Position numbers and translations under genes: made by a program
Source of the DNA: Amphiscolops sp. MND2022
Taxonomy: Eukaryota
Direction: 5' to 3'
Assembly: GCA_964187785.1 (NCBI GenBank)
Contig: OZ076409.1
Span: 97,714,001 to 97,778,000 of the forward strand
Length of the DNA: 64,000 bases
Shown here: one piece after another, positions 35,670 through 47,347 of the stretch
Position numbering within the stretch: the stretch's first letter is position 1
How the letters are laid out: each line of letters starts with the position of its first letter
The notes under the pieces: model-generated
Told to the model about the DNA's origin: nothing
The model's database searches: none
What the model saw: only the letters and a program-made list of their open reading frames with translations

Positions 35670-36968
35670 ATGACGACGACGGCGGCGCACATAATACCTA
35701 AACCGGCAACCCACTCTAGTCTGGACATTTTTTCTAAGCCAGAAGTGCTTGTGTCTTTTGACAATTCTTTTGAACAAGAAACGTTGCCAGTCACTGCACA
35801 CGATGCACCAGTTTTTGAGTTTGTACTCAAAACTGATCGAAACATTTACTTGGATTTGCAAAGCGTCGAATTGAAGTTGGAGGCAAAAATTGGAAAGGGT
35901 GCCAATGGTAATACTAATTTGGAGACGGAGTTGGCTGGAGGCAACACTGTAGCTAAAGCAACCGATAAAGTCAGCTTCATCAACAACACTCTACACTCCT
36001 TCTTTTCCAATTGTGACATTTTAATCAACAATGAAATTGTACACACGTCCAACAATTTGTATGCACAGAGAGCTTTTGTTGAAACGGAACTGTCCCACAC
36101 ACTGGGCTGTGCCACAACAAAGCTCATTACGCAAGGCTACAACTTTGAGCCCGCCACCGGTGATATGCTTGCCCACCGAGAAACATGGACCTTAGGCTCC
36201 GCTTCAAAGACATTTTATGGAAAACTGGCGGTGGATTTCCTGGCATGTGATCAACTTCTCATTCCCAATTGTTCTATGCGAATTCGACTGACACGGAACA
36301 AGCCCGAATACTTGCTGCAAAGTGCTGTCACCAACCCTGCCTTCACCCCAAAAATTGAACGAGTGTCAATTTTTGCTCGTTACTACACTGTTGCAGAAAA
36401 CTATCACGTCAATTTACAACGATCTCTACTCACGTGGCCTGCTAGATACAACTATTTTGAAGTACGCAGCAAGACATTTGTGATTCCAAGGGACCAAAGT
36501 CATTTTATTCGTGAAGACATTTTCAATGCAGAACCCATTAGACGCATGGTACTGGCCATGTGTCCCAACAATCAGTTTACTGGACGTTGGACAGACACTC
36601 CGCTCGCATTCCACAAACACAATTTGAAGAAAGTGCGAGTATTGCGGAATGGTGTACCAGTGGTGGAATATAGCACAAGTTCCAACACTCAACTGTACTT
36701 TAAGACTATTCAAAACCTCCATTTTGATCAAGACGGTCCCTTAATCAAGTTGGACAATTATGAAAATCACTACTATCTAGTTTTCGACCTTACGTCCACA
36801 CAACAGTGCAATCAAGAAATTTACTACCCCGAAATTGTGGGAGCACCAATACGGATCGAGCTCGAATTTTCGACCAACACTAGCACGCCTCTGGAACTGT
36901 TTGCGCTGGGAGAACGATTTACAACAGTTCAAATTGATCATACAGGAAAAGTGTTAAAACATGGATAG
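35670..36968 (+). CDS. Major capsid protein (double jelly-roll, hexon-like)
   Basis: About 432 aa with SSLDIF, YLDL, NNTLHSFFS, LIPN, FDLT and IRIELEF motifs typical of Maverick MCP; located between the core and protease genes. Confidence 0.9.
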   Translation: MTTTAAHIIPKPATHSSLDIFSKPEVLVSFDNSFEQETLPVTAHDAPVFEFVLKTDRNIYLDLQSVELKLEAKIGKGANGNTNLETELAGGNTVAKATDKVSFINNTLHSFFSNCDILINNEIVHTSNNLYAQRAFVETELSHTLGCATTKLITQGYNFEPATGDMLAHRETWTLGSASKTFYGKLAVDFLACDQLLIPNCSMRIRLTRNKPEYLLQSAVTNPAFTPKIERVSIFARYYTVAENYHVNLQRSLLTWPARYNYFEVRSKTFVIPRDQSHFIREDIFNAEPIRRMVLAMCPNNQFTGRWTDTPLAFHKHNLKKVRVLRNGVPVVEYSTSSNTQLYFKTIQNLHFDQDGPLIKLDNYENHYYLVFDLTSTQQCNQEIYYPEIVGAPIRIELEFSTNTSTPLELFALGERFTTVQIDHTGKVLKHG

Positions 36969-37386
36969 TGCAGCCTTGCGACAAGTTATTTCCAAAATTC
37001 CCGCACTAAAATATCGATACTTGGGTTGCTTCGACCCCAATACTTTCATTTTCCCAATGCCAATAGACACTTTTCAAATTGTAAACAGCACTACAGACGT
37101 TGAGGGACATTGGATAACGTTGATCCGCTTATCCAACGGCTTTCACTATTTTGGAGATTCCCTGAAAGCAACAAGTTTGAATCAGTACCCAATGTTGTTT
37201 ACCCGACTGCCAGAACAGAAGACAACAACAACAACAACATTATTTCTACCTTTGAACACTTCAATAAAGCAGGTCGATTCCTTGTGTGGTCTCTATTGTA
37301 TTTATTTTGCATGGAACTTGTTTGATAATACACCTAAAGTAACGAATGATTTTGAATTGTATCAATTGTTTTGTAATCGTTTATAG
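36961..37386 (+). CDS. Adenain-like cysteine protease
   Basis: IVN...GHW, FGDS and Q-x4-CGLYC give the His/Asp/Gln/Cys catalytic set. Confidence 0.9.
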   Translation: MDSAALRQVISKIPALKYRYLGCFDPNTFIFPMPIDTFQIVNSTTDVEGHWITLIRLSNGFHYFGDSLKATSLNQYPMLFTRLPEQKTTTTTTLFLPLNTSIKQVDSLCGLYCIYFAWNLFDNTPKVTNDFELYQLFCNRL

Positions 37387-37421
37387 AAAAAAAATGTTTG
37401 TAAAGAAAGTTTTTTTTTCAA

Positions 37422-38318
37422 TCAGTAATTGCAGGCACATGTTTTTTTACGAAAATGTAAATTTAAAACTACAAGACCCAAACTGGTAAAGGGAATTAAT
37501 TTTCCCTTCATATCTCGAATCTCAATCTGTATACTATTGAAATTATCCAAACAAACATTTCGATACTGCAAATTGGAAAAGGATCGGTTGTCGTAAGGGT
37601 ATATGACAATCAAATCCTCATTTTTGGTTCGTTGACGAAATGTGAAGGCACGTAAAAGTTGGTTCTTCACATTGCCCACGTTACTAAAGTCTACAATATC
37701 ACTGTATACAAAAATTGTGTGAAAACGTGCGATATCACAAGGGTAGGGTGCATGGATTTGGTTGGCTTCACAGTACACAGCATCCGTTCCCAATCCCAAA
37801 ATTTGAGCCAAGTCATCACTTTGAATTTTGAAGTATACACGGCTCTGTCCTTCTGTAGTTCCTTCAAACGTGAATGAAAGGTTCAAAGTTTCCTCGTTGT
37901 AAGCAAAGGTCATTGTCCTCTCCATGTTTGTAAAAGTAGCAATTTGAGAATTCATTGCGTCAATAATTTGACCAATTTCTGTGTAACAACCCTTTGGAAT
38001 GTTAAAGGTACGATATTGATTCAAAAAGGGCACATCTGGATAACTATTTATAAGTTCCTTGCTGACAGTATCAGGTTTGTTTACAACAACACGATATCGT
38101 TGAAGAGTCGGTGTAGGAATATAGCCTAGCGTTAATTCACCGTCTGTGACATTGTATACTCGGTTTGGGAACGAAATGTCTGTGAGTGTAACTTCCCATT
38201 CACTGCCTCTGCCCAAATTGATTGGATTTGACATAAAGTTTGGAAAAAATGCCAGAGTATTATTTGGATAAATGTCCAAACTTGCATTAGACAACAGATC
38301 AAAATAAAAGGAAGTCAT
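37422..38318 (-). CDS. Minor capsid protein (penton-like)
   Basis: FY..LLSNAS..YPNNT, WEV.L, FVYSDIV, VGN...LLR, IEIRD..G..IPF and LHFRK. Confidence 0.9.
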   Translation of the reverse strand: MTSFYFDLLSNASLDIYPNNTLAFFPNFMSNPINLGRGSEWEVTLTDISFPNRVYNVTDGELTLGYIPTPTLQRYRVVVNKPDTVSKELINSYPDVPFLNQYRTFNIPKGCYTEIGQIIDAMNSQIATFTNMERTMTFAYNEETLNLSFTFEGTTEGQSRVYFKIQSDDLAQILGLGTDAVYCEANQIHAPYPCDIARFHTIFVYSDIVDFSNVGNVKNQLLRAFTFRQRTKNEDLIVIYPYDNRSFSNLQYRNVCLDNFNSIQIEIRDMKGKLIPFTSLGLVVLNLHFRKKTCACNY

Positions 38319-38377
38319 TGTTTTTGGGAACTGGATACGAAAAACAGAATTTGACTGAATGAGAGTCACTCACTCAT

Positions 38378-39028
38378 TCATTCGTTTTCACTGCTGCTGC
38401 TGCTGCTGCTGCTGCTGGAGCCAATCATCAGCTTTACCCTCTTCAGGTTTTTCTTTTTCGGTTGACGACGACGACATTTTTCGTTGTCGACATCCGCCGA
38501 AGTTTCTGCGTTGCTATCTGTATTGTCGGATATACACCAATAAGATCGAAAGGATTCTTCGTATCCTTGTGTTCCCAATTGATTCTCCGTAATGGGCACC
38601 AGCGTATTTTCCAAACGATTGAACTCTCTTCTCAATTCCAGACTCAAACAACCTGGATGTGTGCTTTCCATTTCTTTCCAGTCATACGTTTCCAGCATCA
38701 AATCAACAGAGTATTGGCGGGGCAGTTGTGGCGGACTAGGAGCTGTCAAGTCAAAAACACTTTGGTTGTCAGTGTCACTTTCTCCTTGCTCGTCGTCGTC
38801 GTTGTCGTCGTCGTTCGATCTGAGCATTTTTTTTGCAGTATCAACTGTAACTTGAGCACTAATTAAGTGTAATAAATGAACCGGTAGGAGAAAAGACTCA
38901 ACAATTTTCCATTCATCATTTGTTGCTGAGTTTTTCACTACCTTTATTAGGATTGCCGACGCTCCGAAATGTGTCTTGTAGGCAAATATACGTTCGACGT
39001 CAATACGTTGTGTGAATATGTAAATCAT
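38378..39028 (-). CDS. Polinton hypothetical protein, acidic with NLS-like tail
   Basis: Open frame of ~216 aa directly upstream of the penton gene, containing RRRQPKKKNLKR. Confidence 0.65.
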   Translation of the reverse strand: MIYIFTQRIDVERIFAYKTHFGASAILIKVVKNSATNDEWKIVESFLLPVHLLHLISAQVTVDTAKKMLRSNDDDNDDDEQGESDTDNQSVFDLTAPSPPQLPRQYSVDLMLETYDWKEMESTHPGCLSLELRREFNRLENTLVPITENQLGTQGYEESFRSYWCISDNTDSNAETSADVDNEKCRRRQPKKKNLKRVKLMIGSSSSSSSSSSENE

Positions 39029-39872
39029 TGTTTCCAACAACAACAAAATTATTCTGAAAACAATAATGTTAAAACTACTGCAAAAAAAACAACAATCATT
39101 TTGTGTTAAGGAGATTCGGCAGTGACCAGTAGAATGGATGAGAGCTGCTTGCTTGAAGCGTGTTTTTAATTGATGGGAAAAAGTTTATAAAAATTATACA
39201 TTCTAATGCAAAAATTTTTGCAGTGTGGAAAAAGGGCAGAATTTGCTATGTTACGTTAATCATTGTGAATCTTGTATAGTTGTCGGGTGGTAACCAAGAG
39301 CTACTCTAACTGCTATTCTCAGTCAATAAAGATGAAAACAAAAAAATTTTTGAAAAAAAATTCAGAACAAAATATTGAGTGAACCCTAGACATGGGCACA
39401 TCAAATTCGTCTAATTTTTCGTCCCGAATCTAAATTTCGCATCAAAACGGCATTTCTCGTAAAATTGGAGTTTTTCAAAATTTTTGCTCCATGAGGGGAT
39501 TTTTCCCTTTCGGAAAATAATTTTTCAAGAAGGTTTTTTTTCGTCTTTCCAATGATATATATGACGTTGGGTGTTCATGATAGTCATTGACAAGTGAAAT
39601 TTCGAGTTTTAAAATTGAAAAAAAATGACTGAAACTAAGTTTTTCCGTGAGTCAAGACCATGCATTCATGTTTAAATTTTAATTCCAACCAGAATATGTC
39701 AATGAAAGCACATTTCAGAATTTTTCATTTTTCTCCATGATAAGGGGTTGTTGACGTTCCAGTTTTAACGTTAAACAAAGTAGTAATTGATTATGTACAA
39801 AACTAGATTCAAATCCAAAAAGTGAGTCTTGAAGAATGTTACTGTTAAATGAAGAAAACTACAACTTAGCTA

Positions 39873-40559
39873 TTAGTTGTTTTTGGGAGACGCGAATTGG
39901 AGAACATCGAGCAAAGTTCGTTCCAAAAACTGCTCAGTGTAGTGAAATTGGTCAGTCATGTCGACACCTCTGGTACGCATCTTGTGCACGTTCAAAGATT
40001 TGCACTTTTCGAGCTGTTTCTGCAAAACTTTATCGACCCTTTTTTTGTTCGAATTGGGAAGAAGTTGATTACGTCTCGCCAGAGCAATCACTAGTTTGAC
40101 ACCTTTCGTTTTGCAAACTCTGTTCCATAGCATTAGTTTTTCCGTAAGGTCTTTAGGTGACAGTGTCGAAACACTATTGTTCCCTTAAACACATTGTTTC
40201 CCAATCAACTATCATTTTTTATCGCAAAAAAACTCAATTTTGTTGCTACGGGACAACAGGGTTAGGGTTAGGTTTGAAAAAAAAACAAAAGAGTACAACT
40301 AACTTGGTGGCATTGTGAGCGAATTGTAGAGAATGTCGGGAAAGATAAAGACGAACTGACACCCTGGTCGAGAAAGGGCTCGAAACAACAAGGAGTCAAG
40401 TGTAGGTTTTGAAAAATTTCGTTTAGAAGAGGAGGAGGAGGAGTATTCATGACGACCGCCACTTTCGGCGAGAATTTGGATATGTTTATAATGAGATGAA
40501 TCCTTAATGATTCTACAAAGATTTGAAGCACCAATAACAATCGCGTGCTTTTTTTCCAT
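39873..40559 (-). CDS. Predicted two-exon SGNH/GDSL-hydrolase-like protein (~188 aa)
   Basis: Exon 40559-40304 has IVIGASN (block I-like), AESGG and DILYNSLT. Exon 40183-39873 has DQFH (block V DxxH). They are separated by a 120-bp phase-1 intron GTTAGT...TTTAAG. Confidence 0.6.
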
Positions 40560-40670
40560 GAAACCTGAAAACAGATGATGTGTTATTTCAGAGTCAGAGC
40601 AGATTAGTTTTGGTACTAGAACAAATCGTGCAAGCACAGACAGAAACAAAAAAACATGCAGATACCTAAA

Positions 40671-41314
40671 TTAAAAAACATTATTACTACAATAGACATC
40701 GTATGACTTATTTACAAGTTTTTTGAGGGCCTGGTGGATACCCGCATCAAGGGTACCCTTCCTCCTGGCCCTCAAGCACGCGTACACCAGCCCGTGCTGG
40801 TGTTTACGTATTTGCCAAAAGGCAAACACATCCAGCACGGGCTCTACGTTGACGCCATTAATGTAGGCTTGTATCCCCTGCAGCAAAACACAGTGTATTG
40901 GTTTTCGTTTCTGAGTGTTTCTTCAGAGAAGTTTTGCAATTAAAATTGTAAAAGATTGAACCTACTTCTTCTCCGCAGATCATTAACAAGGTGTTTAAAG
41001 TTTCGTCGGACACCTCCAGGACACATGATGTCCTGGGTTTATTGTTTACCAGGCCCCACGCAAAGTGGTCTATTGCATCTAATTCCGTCCAGGAGAACAT
41101 TGGAAATATTTATTTTCGAAACAACTTTTCTGTAAATTATTGAGTAAGGAATGATGTTTTTGAGCTCGTCAGGATCTACCACTTTTCCGAGCCTCAAAGC
41201 ACCTCCTTCGGTTTTTTCCAGTTTCACTTTTATCTGGGAAACATCAAAGATTTCGACCCAGACACAATTTCTATATCTAATCATTTGGAAACTCGGATAA
41301 ATAACCATTTTCAT
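40671..41314 (-). pseudogene. Polinton hypothetical gene with one predicted intron and one frameshift
   Basis: ORF pieces 41314-41039, 41100-40966 and 40877-40671. An 88-bp phase-0 intron GTAGGT...TTTTGCTGCAG joins the last two; a frameshift near 41105 is needed to join the first. Confidence 0.5.
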
Positions 41315-42081
41315 TTTTTAGGGCTCATAAGACCTCGATCAAAGGCTCCGCTATCTTTTGAACCTGTTTTCAAAGTGTTGCAGGGTCCACCTTTATTCCT
41401 TTGAAATTCGGAACCCACCAAATTTGAGTTTGAGTTTCCAAGTGATGAATCAAAGAAAAAACCGACACTCTGTTAATTGGCATTGTTTTTTTTCAGTTAT
41501 AATTAACAAAAAAATGTTGCCTTCACAATTCCAAAACAAATTAGAAGGCATTTTGATTGCTTTTTTTCCAAAAATTTAGCATTTTTTCCCGAAATTTTTA
41601 TGTTTTTTTCAGACATTTTAGGTCATTTTATCTCTTTACAGAATGTGAAAATTCGGTGTAAAAAGAAGCTGGGATGATTTCCATATGCTTGCTGGAATAG
41701 TTAATGACTGTTTCCATTACGCAAATGAAGGCAATATCAGGGAAATTTGTTCCACAGCAATCACACTTCTAAAGAAAGGTAATATAATCTAAGAGCACAT
41801 TCATTTCAAAGTTGCTAGATTAAAAGAATTTTTATTGATTCCATTTCCTTTCATCCCATCTGCGTTCCATTTCCATTCCTAACAAACCACTCCTTCCATT
41901 TTTATTACTTTCCAGCACGCCAAGGTAAGGAACTTTCCTTTCATTGCCTGAAATACGAACAAAAAATTATCGGGCCTGTATTTTGTTTTCGGATTTTGTT
42001 CGGCTCTCGGTGATTTTTTTTGTTCGGATATGTCATGTTCGTATCGCAAATATTACGTAACGTTTCAGAAAGTTTTGTTGT

Positions 42082-42139
42082 CCATATTTGGTTACTCACT
42101 CAACCCCCACCGCTTATAATACTACGTACTTTTACTACT
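42082..42139 (-). repeat. Polinton right TIR
   Basis: Reverse complement is AGTAGTAAAAGTACGTAGTATTATAAGCGGTGGGGGTTGAGTGAGTAACCAAATATGG. Confidence 0.92.
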
Positions 42140-43293
42140 TTTGTTGGTCCAAAACGTCGCCTATAGCCATGCTAAATCGAAAGAGAATGGTTTCTGTATC
42201 TTTTATCAGTTTTGAGAAATAATAACTAGGAATGAGGAAAATTTTTTCGACATTTTGTTTCATCAATTTTTGCCCAAAAAGCCAAATATGAAAAAAAATT
42301 TTGACGTCATTTTTAGGCTAAAATGTAGCCTATGAAACGCTTGTACAATTTAGGAAACCATGGACCCTGTATTCAGTCTCAGTTCTGAGAAGGAATCGAA
42401 GATAAAAAACCGTCAAAAATAGTGTTTTTTTCAAAAATTCGTTTGAAAAAAACCCATGGAGCCGATTTTTTTGATTTTTTTCGACGAAAATGTAGTCGAG
42501 GATTCTGCACAACTTTTAGCGAAAACATGGTGTCCATATCTGTTATGGGTTTTGAGAAATTTGCCTCAAGTTTGAAACGTTGGCACATGTCACGAAATCT
42601 GCGGAAAAAAAACGTCACCATATGGGCATATCGCAAAGCTCGAGCCCCAAAAAGAAGAAAGAAAAAAGTTAATTTCCAGAGGCACAAGCCCGTTTAATGG
42701 AAGCCTCAAAACAATCAAATGGAAAATGAGTCGTGTCTGAAAGACTTTTCTTTCAAAATTCTTATTCTCCTGAAACAGTAAGGCCACGTGAAAAAAACTT
42801 GAGTCGATTCCTGAAAACGACGGGCCGAATCCATTAAGACAGCCTTTGTTCCTTTGACTATAAACTTCGTCTACAACCAACGTGGTTTGTAGCAAGCAAA
42901 TACTTCAAGTAAGGATTTTCACGTGAATTTTGACGATCAAAATTCTGTAAGTCAGTTTTATTCTCACAATAAATTGAATCTCGTCCCAAATTTACTAGTG
43001 CTTTTTTGGTTAGTGTCTCAAGGGACTCCGCCCAAATTGGGTTTTTGTTGCTGTAAAAATATCTAATTAGGGCCCCCATTTGTATCGCAAAAAGAGAAGA
43101 AAGTATATTTCCCAAATTCCGCGGGGTGGACGCCGAATAAGCAGTTCTGCTTTTCTAAGTCGGCCCCTTTCGGATACTATTTCCCCATAGCAACATTGGC
43201 ACCTGCAACCAACACCAGGGCCAGTGTAAAATCACGCACGTGAATTACTGTGACTTTCTAGCCAACCAGAGTGCTCCGTCACATGGACAAAAA

Positions 43294-46200
43294 TACCAGA
43301 GCCGCATGTGCGGTATATAATAGAGTCGGCTTAGGCCTTTTTCCTTCGGACTCGGTCGAATCCCAGTCATACCGTTTTGATGAAATTGCACCAATTAAGC
43401 CTTTATATGGTGTAGAAAGACTCCATAAAAGTTTATTCAAATCGTAACGTGTTTGAGAAAATTGAAAAAGTCCAAAAATGGCTGTTTTTTGGTCATTTTT
43501 GGGCTAATTTTGGCTATGTTTCTCAGATCCCAGTCATACGAATTAAATGCCATTGCACATATAGGACTCTAATATAGTGTAAAATGACTGTAGAAAATTT
43601 CGTTCGAATCGTCCAAAAATGGCTGACACAGGAGCACTTTTGGGTGTAAAATGACTGTGCAAAATTTTGGAGATCGTATGGAGCTTTTGAGAAAATTGAA
43701 ATTTTCATTGAAAGGTTGGAGAAAAAAAAACGATACAATTGCGTAAGTAGTCGAAAAATTTTCCCGACTTCTAAAAATATAATTCATTCAAATTTATTGA
43801 CGACAAATTAATAAAACATATTGTACAATACAGTATATATTCTTTTGGTCCAATGTATTTGTGTTTTGGGCAACAATATGTTGAATATATTTTGATATTC
43901 ATTTTTTCAATGTTGGTAAGTATCAACCCAAAAGTATCATTATGGTCGTTTACGGAAAATACGGATAACTCGATTCAATTTCTCGGCCAACTGTTATATA
44001 GAAGTTGGATTTGATTACTAGTCGTGTAGAAAAACCATTTATAGGAGTTTTGTAAAACTATTGATCGTTATAAATAAAGTCCAAAAAGTGTTGAAACAAA
44101 ACATTTGTTGGAACAATATATTTTTTCTCACACAAAGTTAGACAATATATAATATATTTACTGTTAGCCAGTTTATATACAACATTTTACATCCCTGCCC
44201 GTAACCAAGTTTATTCCTCGACCTCCTAACACGCTTTGAAAACCTGACTTCAATTCAAACGAAACGGGAACAGCTCAAGTTGGCGCTATGCTTAGGGCTC
44301 AAAACGGTCAAAAACGTTTGAAATATAGTCAGTACGTTGTGAAAAACTCACAAGAAGGTTCCGAAACACCGAAAATGTGCCTTTCGTGCTCAGAAACGCT
44401 TCAGATGTTTGGATATAACGCGATGGAACAAATGGGAATGCTTCCGCCTCCTCCTTGGTAAATACAATATAAGTTCGGGTATACCTTCAAAAATTCGACT
44501 AGAGCGTTTCACTTCGGATATTACGTCAAAAATTTGGACACTTTTGAAAAACGTTTTGGATATATATTGACAAAACCTAATTTCATATAGAACCGTCTCA
44601 TAGTGCCGATAAACTTAAAAGGGGAGACTTGGGATTTTAGTCGGCGCTTTTCGTGGAAAATGCAGACTATAGCACTGGCTTTTCTTTTTTTTTCAAGACC
44701 GACGAAGTGACAGATTTTATTAGCTTTATAAGCTGAGCTGTCTGACGAAACTTCAGCGTATTTAGATTTTGATCGGATATAGCGTTTTCAAAGTTCGCAT
44801 ATAACGTGTTTAAAGTTTGAATACAACGTTTCCCAAGTTCGGATACAACGTTTTAAAGTTCGCATATAACGTTTTCAAAGTTCGCAATGTAAGGTTTTCA
44901 AAGTTCGGATATAACGATATATTTTTTGTTTTTTGAGAAGTTTTCGGTTGAGTAAGATGGTTTTTTACTGTTTCCATTTGGGGAAGAGGTGATTTTTTAG
45001 TCTTATGGATATCCCTCGAGGTATTTTTTGGCACTGTAAAATTGATGAACTTTTAACAAAAATGTCCTTTGCATATTTAAAAAAACATTCAATTTTTTGA
45101 ACCTTAGCGGGGCGCCGACTTGGGCTGTTCCTGGCTTGTTTATCATTCATTTTGTTGGAAAATATCAAAAAAAATTAAAAGAGGGGCCCTTTGGAGACAT
45201 TAAAAAGTCACACAGTTGTAAGACGAACCAGAGCCGCATATGCGGTAAAGGAGTCGGCTTAGGTTTTTTTCTTCTGACTCACCCCAATCCCAGTCATAAC
45301 AATTTATTGGAATTGCACACATAGACCATACAATGGTGTAGAAAATCACTGTAAAAATTTTCCTTCGAATCGTATGAACAGTTTTAGCAAAAGTCAAAAA
45401 AAGTCGAAAAATGGCTGTTTTTTGGCCATTTTGGGGTTAATTTAGGCTGTTTCTCACATCCCAGCAATACGAATTTGTTGAAATTACACACAAAGGACCA
45501 TGACATGGTGTAGAATGACTGTACAAAATTTCATTCGAATCGTATGGACAGTTTTTGAGAAAATAGAAAAAAAAGAAACCCCATCTAATTAAAATCCTGA
45601 CTCTTAACAGGAACTACACAGTGACCGAAAAGTTTGGATAGACAAAATTTCTTGATCAAAATAAATATATGGATAGCAAATTGTAACAATTTTCTATTGT
45701 AACTATACAATTTTCTATTGTAACAATTTGTATTTTATTCGGATTGAAATATTTCCATAATTTTAATCCGATTAAAATGATTATATTAAAAATTAAATTG
45801 ATTAACCAGAGCCGCAAATGCGGTAAAGGTGTCGCCTTGTCTTTTTCCTTCTGACTCGCTCCAATCCCAGTCATACGAATGTATTGAAATTGTACATATA
45901 GGACCATATTATTTTGTAGAAAATGACTGTAGAAAATTTCGTTCGAATCGTATGGACAGTTTTTGCGAAAATCGAAAAAACTCGGAAAATGAGTGTTTTT
46001 TGGCCATTTTTGGGCTAATTTTGGCTATGTTTCTAACATCCCAGCCATACGATTTTGATGCCATTGCACATATGGGACTCTTATATGATGTAGAACGACT
46101 AGAAAATTTCGTTCGAACATTACAGTGCATAGGCAAGCTATTTTGCTGCTTGTCGTGGAATCCGGGACATGAAAATTCCGCTGCTTGTCCGTGGAATGCT

Positions 46201-46607
46201 TGTTTGTGGAATCCGGGACTCATGACGTAATTTGCCAATTTTGCACGGTCAAAGGTATGGTCGTGGAATCCGAGGTATTGAAAGCACAAATTGCGCTTTG
46301 AGCAAATTAAGCTTGCCTATGCACTCTAATGAATCGTATGGACAGTTTTTGAGAAAATCAAAAAAAGTCGAAAAATCTCTTTTTTGGCCGTTTTTGGGCT
46401 AATTTTGGCTGTTTCTCACATCCCAATCATACGATTTTGATGCCTTTGTGCACGCAGGGGCCCCTTTGGGTGTAGAATGACTGTGCAAAATTTCGTGAAA
46501 ATCGCATGGACAGTTTTTGAGAAATTTGAAATTTTCATGAAATGGTCGGGAGAAAAAAAAACAGCACGATTGCATAAGTAGTCGAAAATTTTTTCCGACT
46601 CCTAAAA
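43294..46607. mobile_element. Cluster of HINE-like elements: family B copies at ~43294-43775, ~45226-45610, ~45804-46607, and a family A copy at ~44635-45141
   Basis: Family B begins ACCAGAGCCGCA-xx-TGCGGT (hairpin) plus GTCG and ends AGTCGAAAA...CCGACTCCTAAAA, with internal ~160-170-bp repeats. The family A copy carries a 22-bp tandem array at ~44770-44915. Confidence 0.65.
46118..46331. mobile_element. MITE with 2-bp TSD (CACTA/EnSpm-like)
   Basis: TIR CATTA(C/G)AGTGCATAGGCAAGCT, inserted into GTTCGAATCGTATGG of the host repeat and duplicating AA. Confidence 0.7.
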
Positions 46608-46816
46608 ATGAAAATTTTGAAGCTGTCTCATAGTGCCGAAAATGTGAAAGGCGGACCGTTTGGAATTTTTTAACATTCATTTTGTTGCAAATTATCAAAA
46701 AACATGAAGGGGGACCCTTTGAATACATTAAAAATTTTCAAAAAAAGTCTCACAGTGCCGAAAAATATCAAAAGGGGGGGCCTTTTAGTGTCGTCCGGTT
46801 GTGTAAGGGTAAGCCC

Positions 46817-47347
46817 TTTTAGTCGGCGCATTTTAGTAGAAAATGAGCCCCGACTATTACAGTGGGTAGTTTTTTTAGACGCGTAAGGTCCACTTTTTTG
46901 TTCATTTGTTCAACACCGTCAAACCTCAACAACTCCAACCTCAGAAGCGCGTCCAAAACGAAAAGAAAAAACAAAACAGACGTCTAGAACCTCGAAAACA
47001 CACTAAGGATCCCACCTTAGCCCCACTTTTTTCGGCACTATGCGACTTTTTTTGAATTTTTTTGGATTGCACCAAAGGATCCCCCTTCATTTGTTTCGAT
47101 ATTTTGCAACACAATGGATGACAAAAAATCCCAGAGGGACCCCTTTTTACATTTTTAGGCACTGTGACACTGTTCGAAAATCTCATTAAAAATTTTTTCT
47201 GAAAAATTTTTCATGTCCCCAAAGGGTCCCCCCTTAATTTGTTTTCATTTTTTGCAACCAGCTGGAGTTTCATAAAGCCCGAAGGGTCCCCCCTTTTCAT
47301 TTTTGAGCCTTAGATATGGCGCCAACTTTGGCCGTTCTCGGCTTGTT
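46817..47347 (+). mobile_element. HINE family A copy
   Basis: TTTTAGTCGGCGC...CCCGACT at the start and GGCGCCAACT...GCCGTTCTCGGCTTGTT at the end. Confidence 0.75.

Larger units (their letters stand above)
24000..42139. mobile_element. Full-length Maverick/Polinton (adintovirus-like endogenous dsDNA virus), 18,140 bp
   Basis: AGTAGT...ACTACT termini, ~60-bp conserved TIRs and 6-bp TSD TTTGTG/TTTGTT. Encodes pPolB, ATPase, integrase, MCP, mCP and adenain. Confidence 0.97.

Noticed and set aside
40256..40273. Telomeric repeat (TTAGGG) as an integration signal
   Set aside because: Only about two units, internal to a predicted intron and far from the element ends.
24000..42139. RNA-guided nuclease (Fanzor/TnpB) cargo in the Polinton
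   Set aside because: No ORF with RuvC motifs plus a zinc ribbon was visible.
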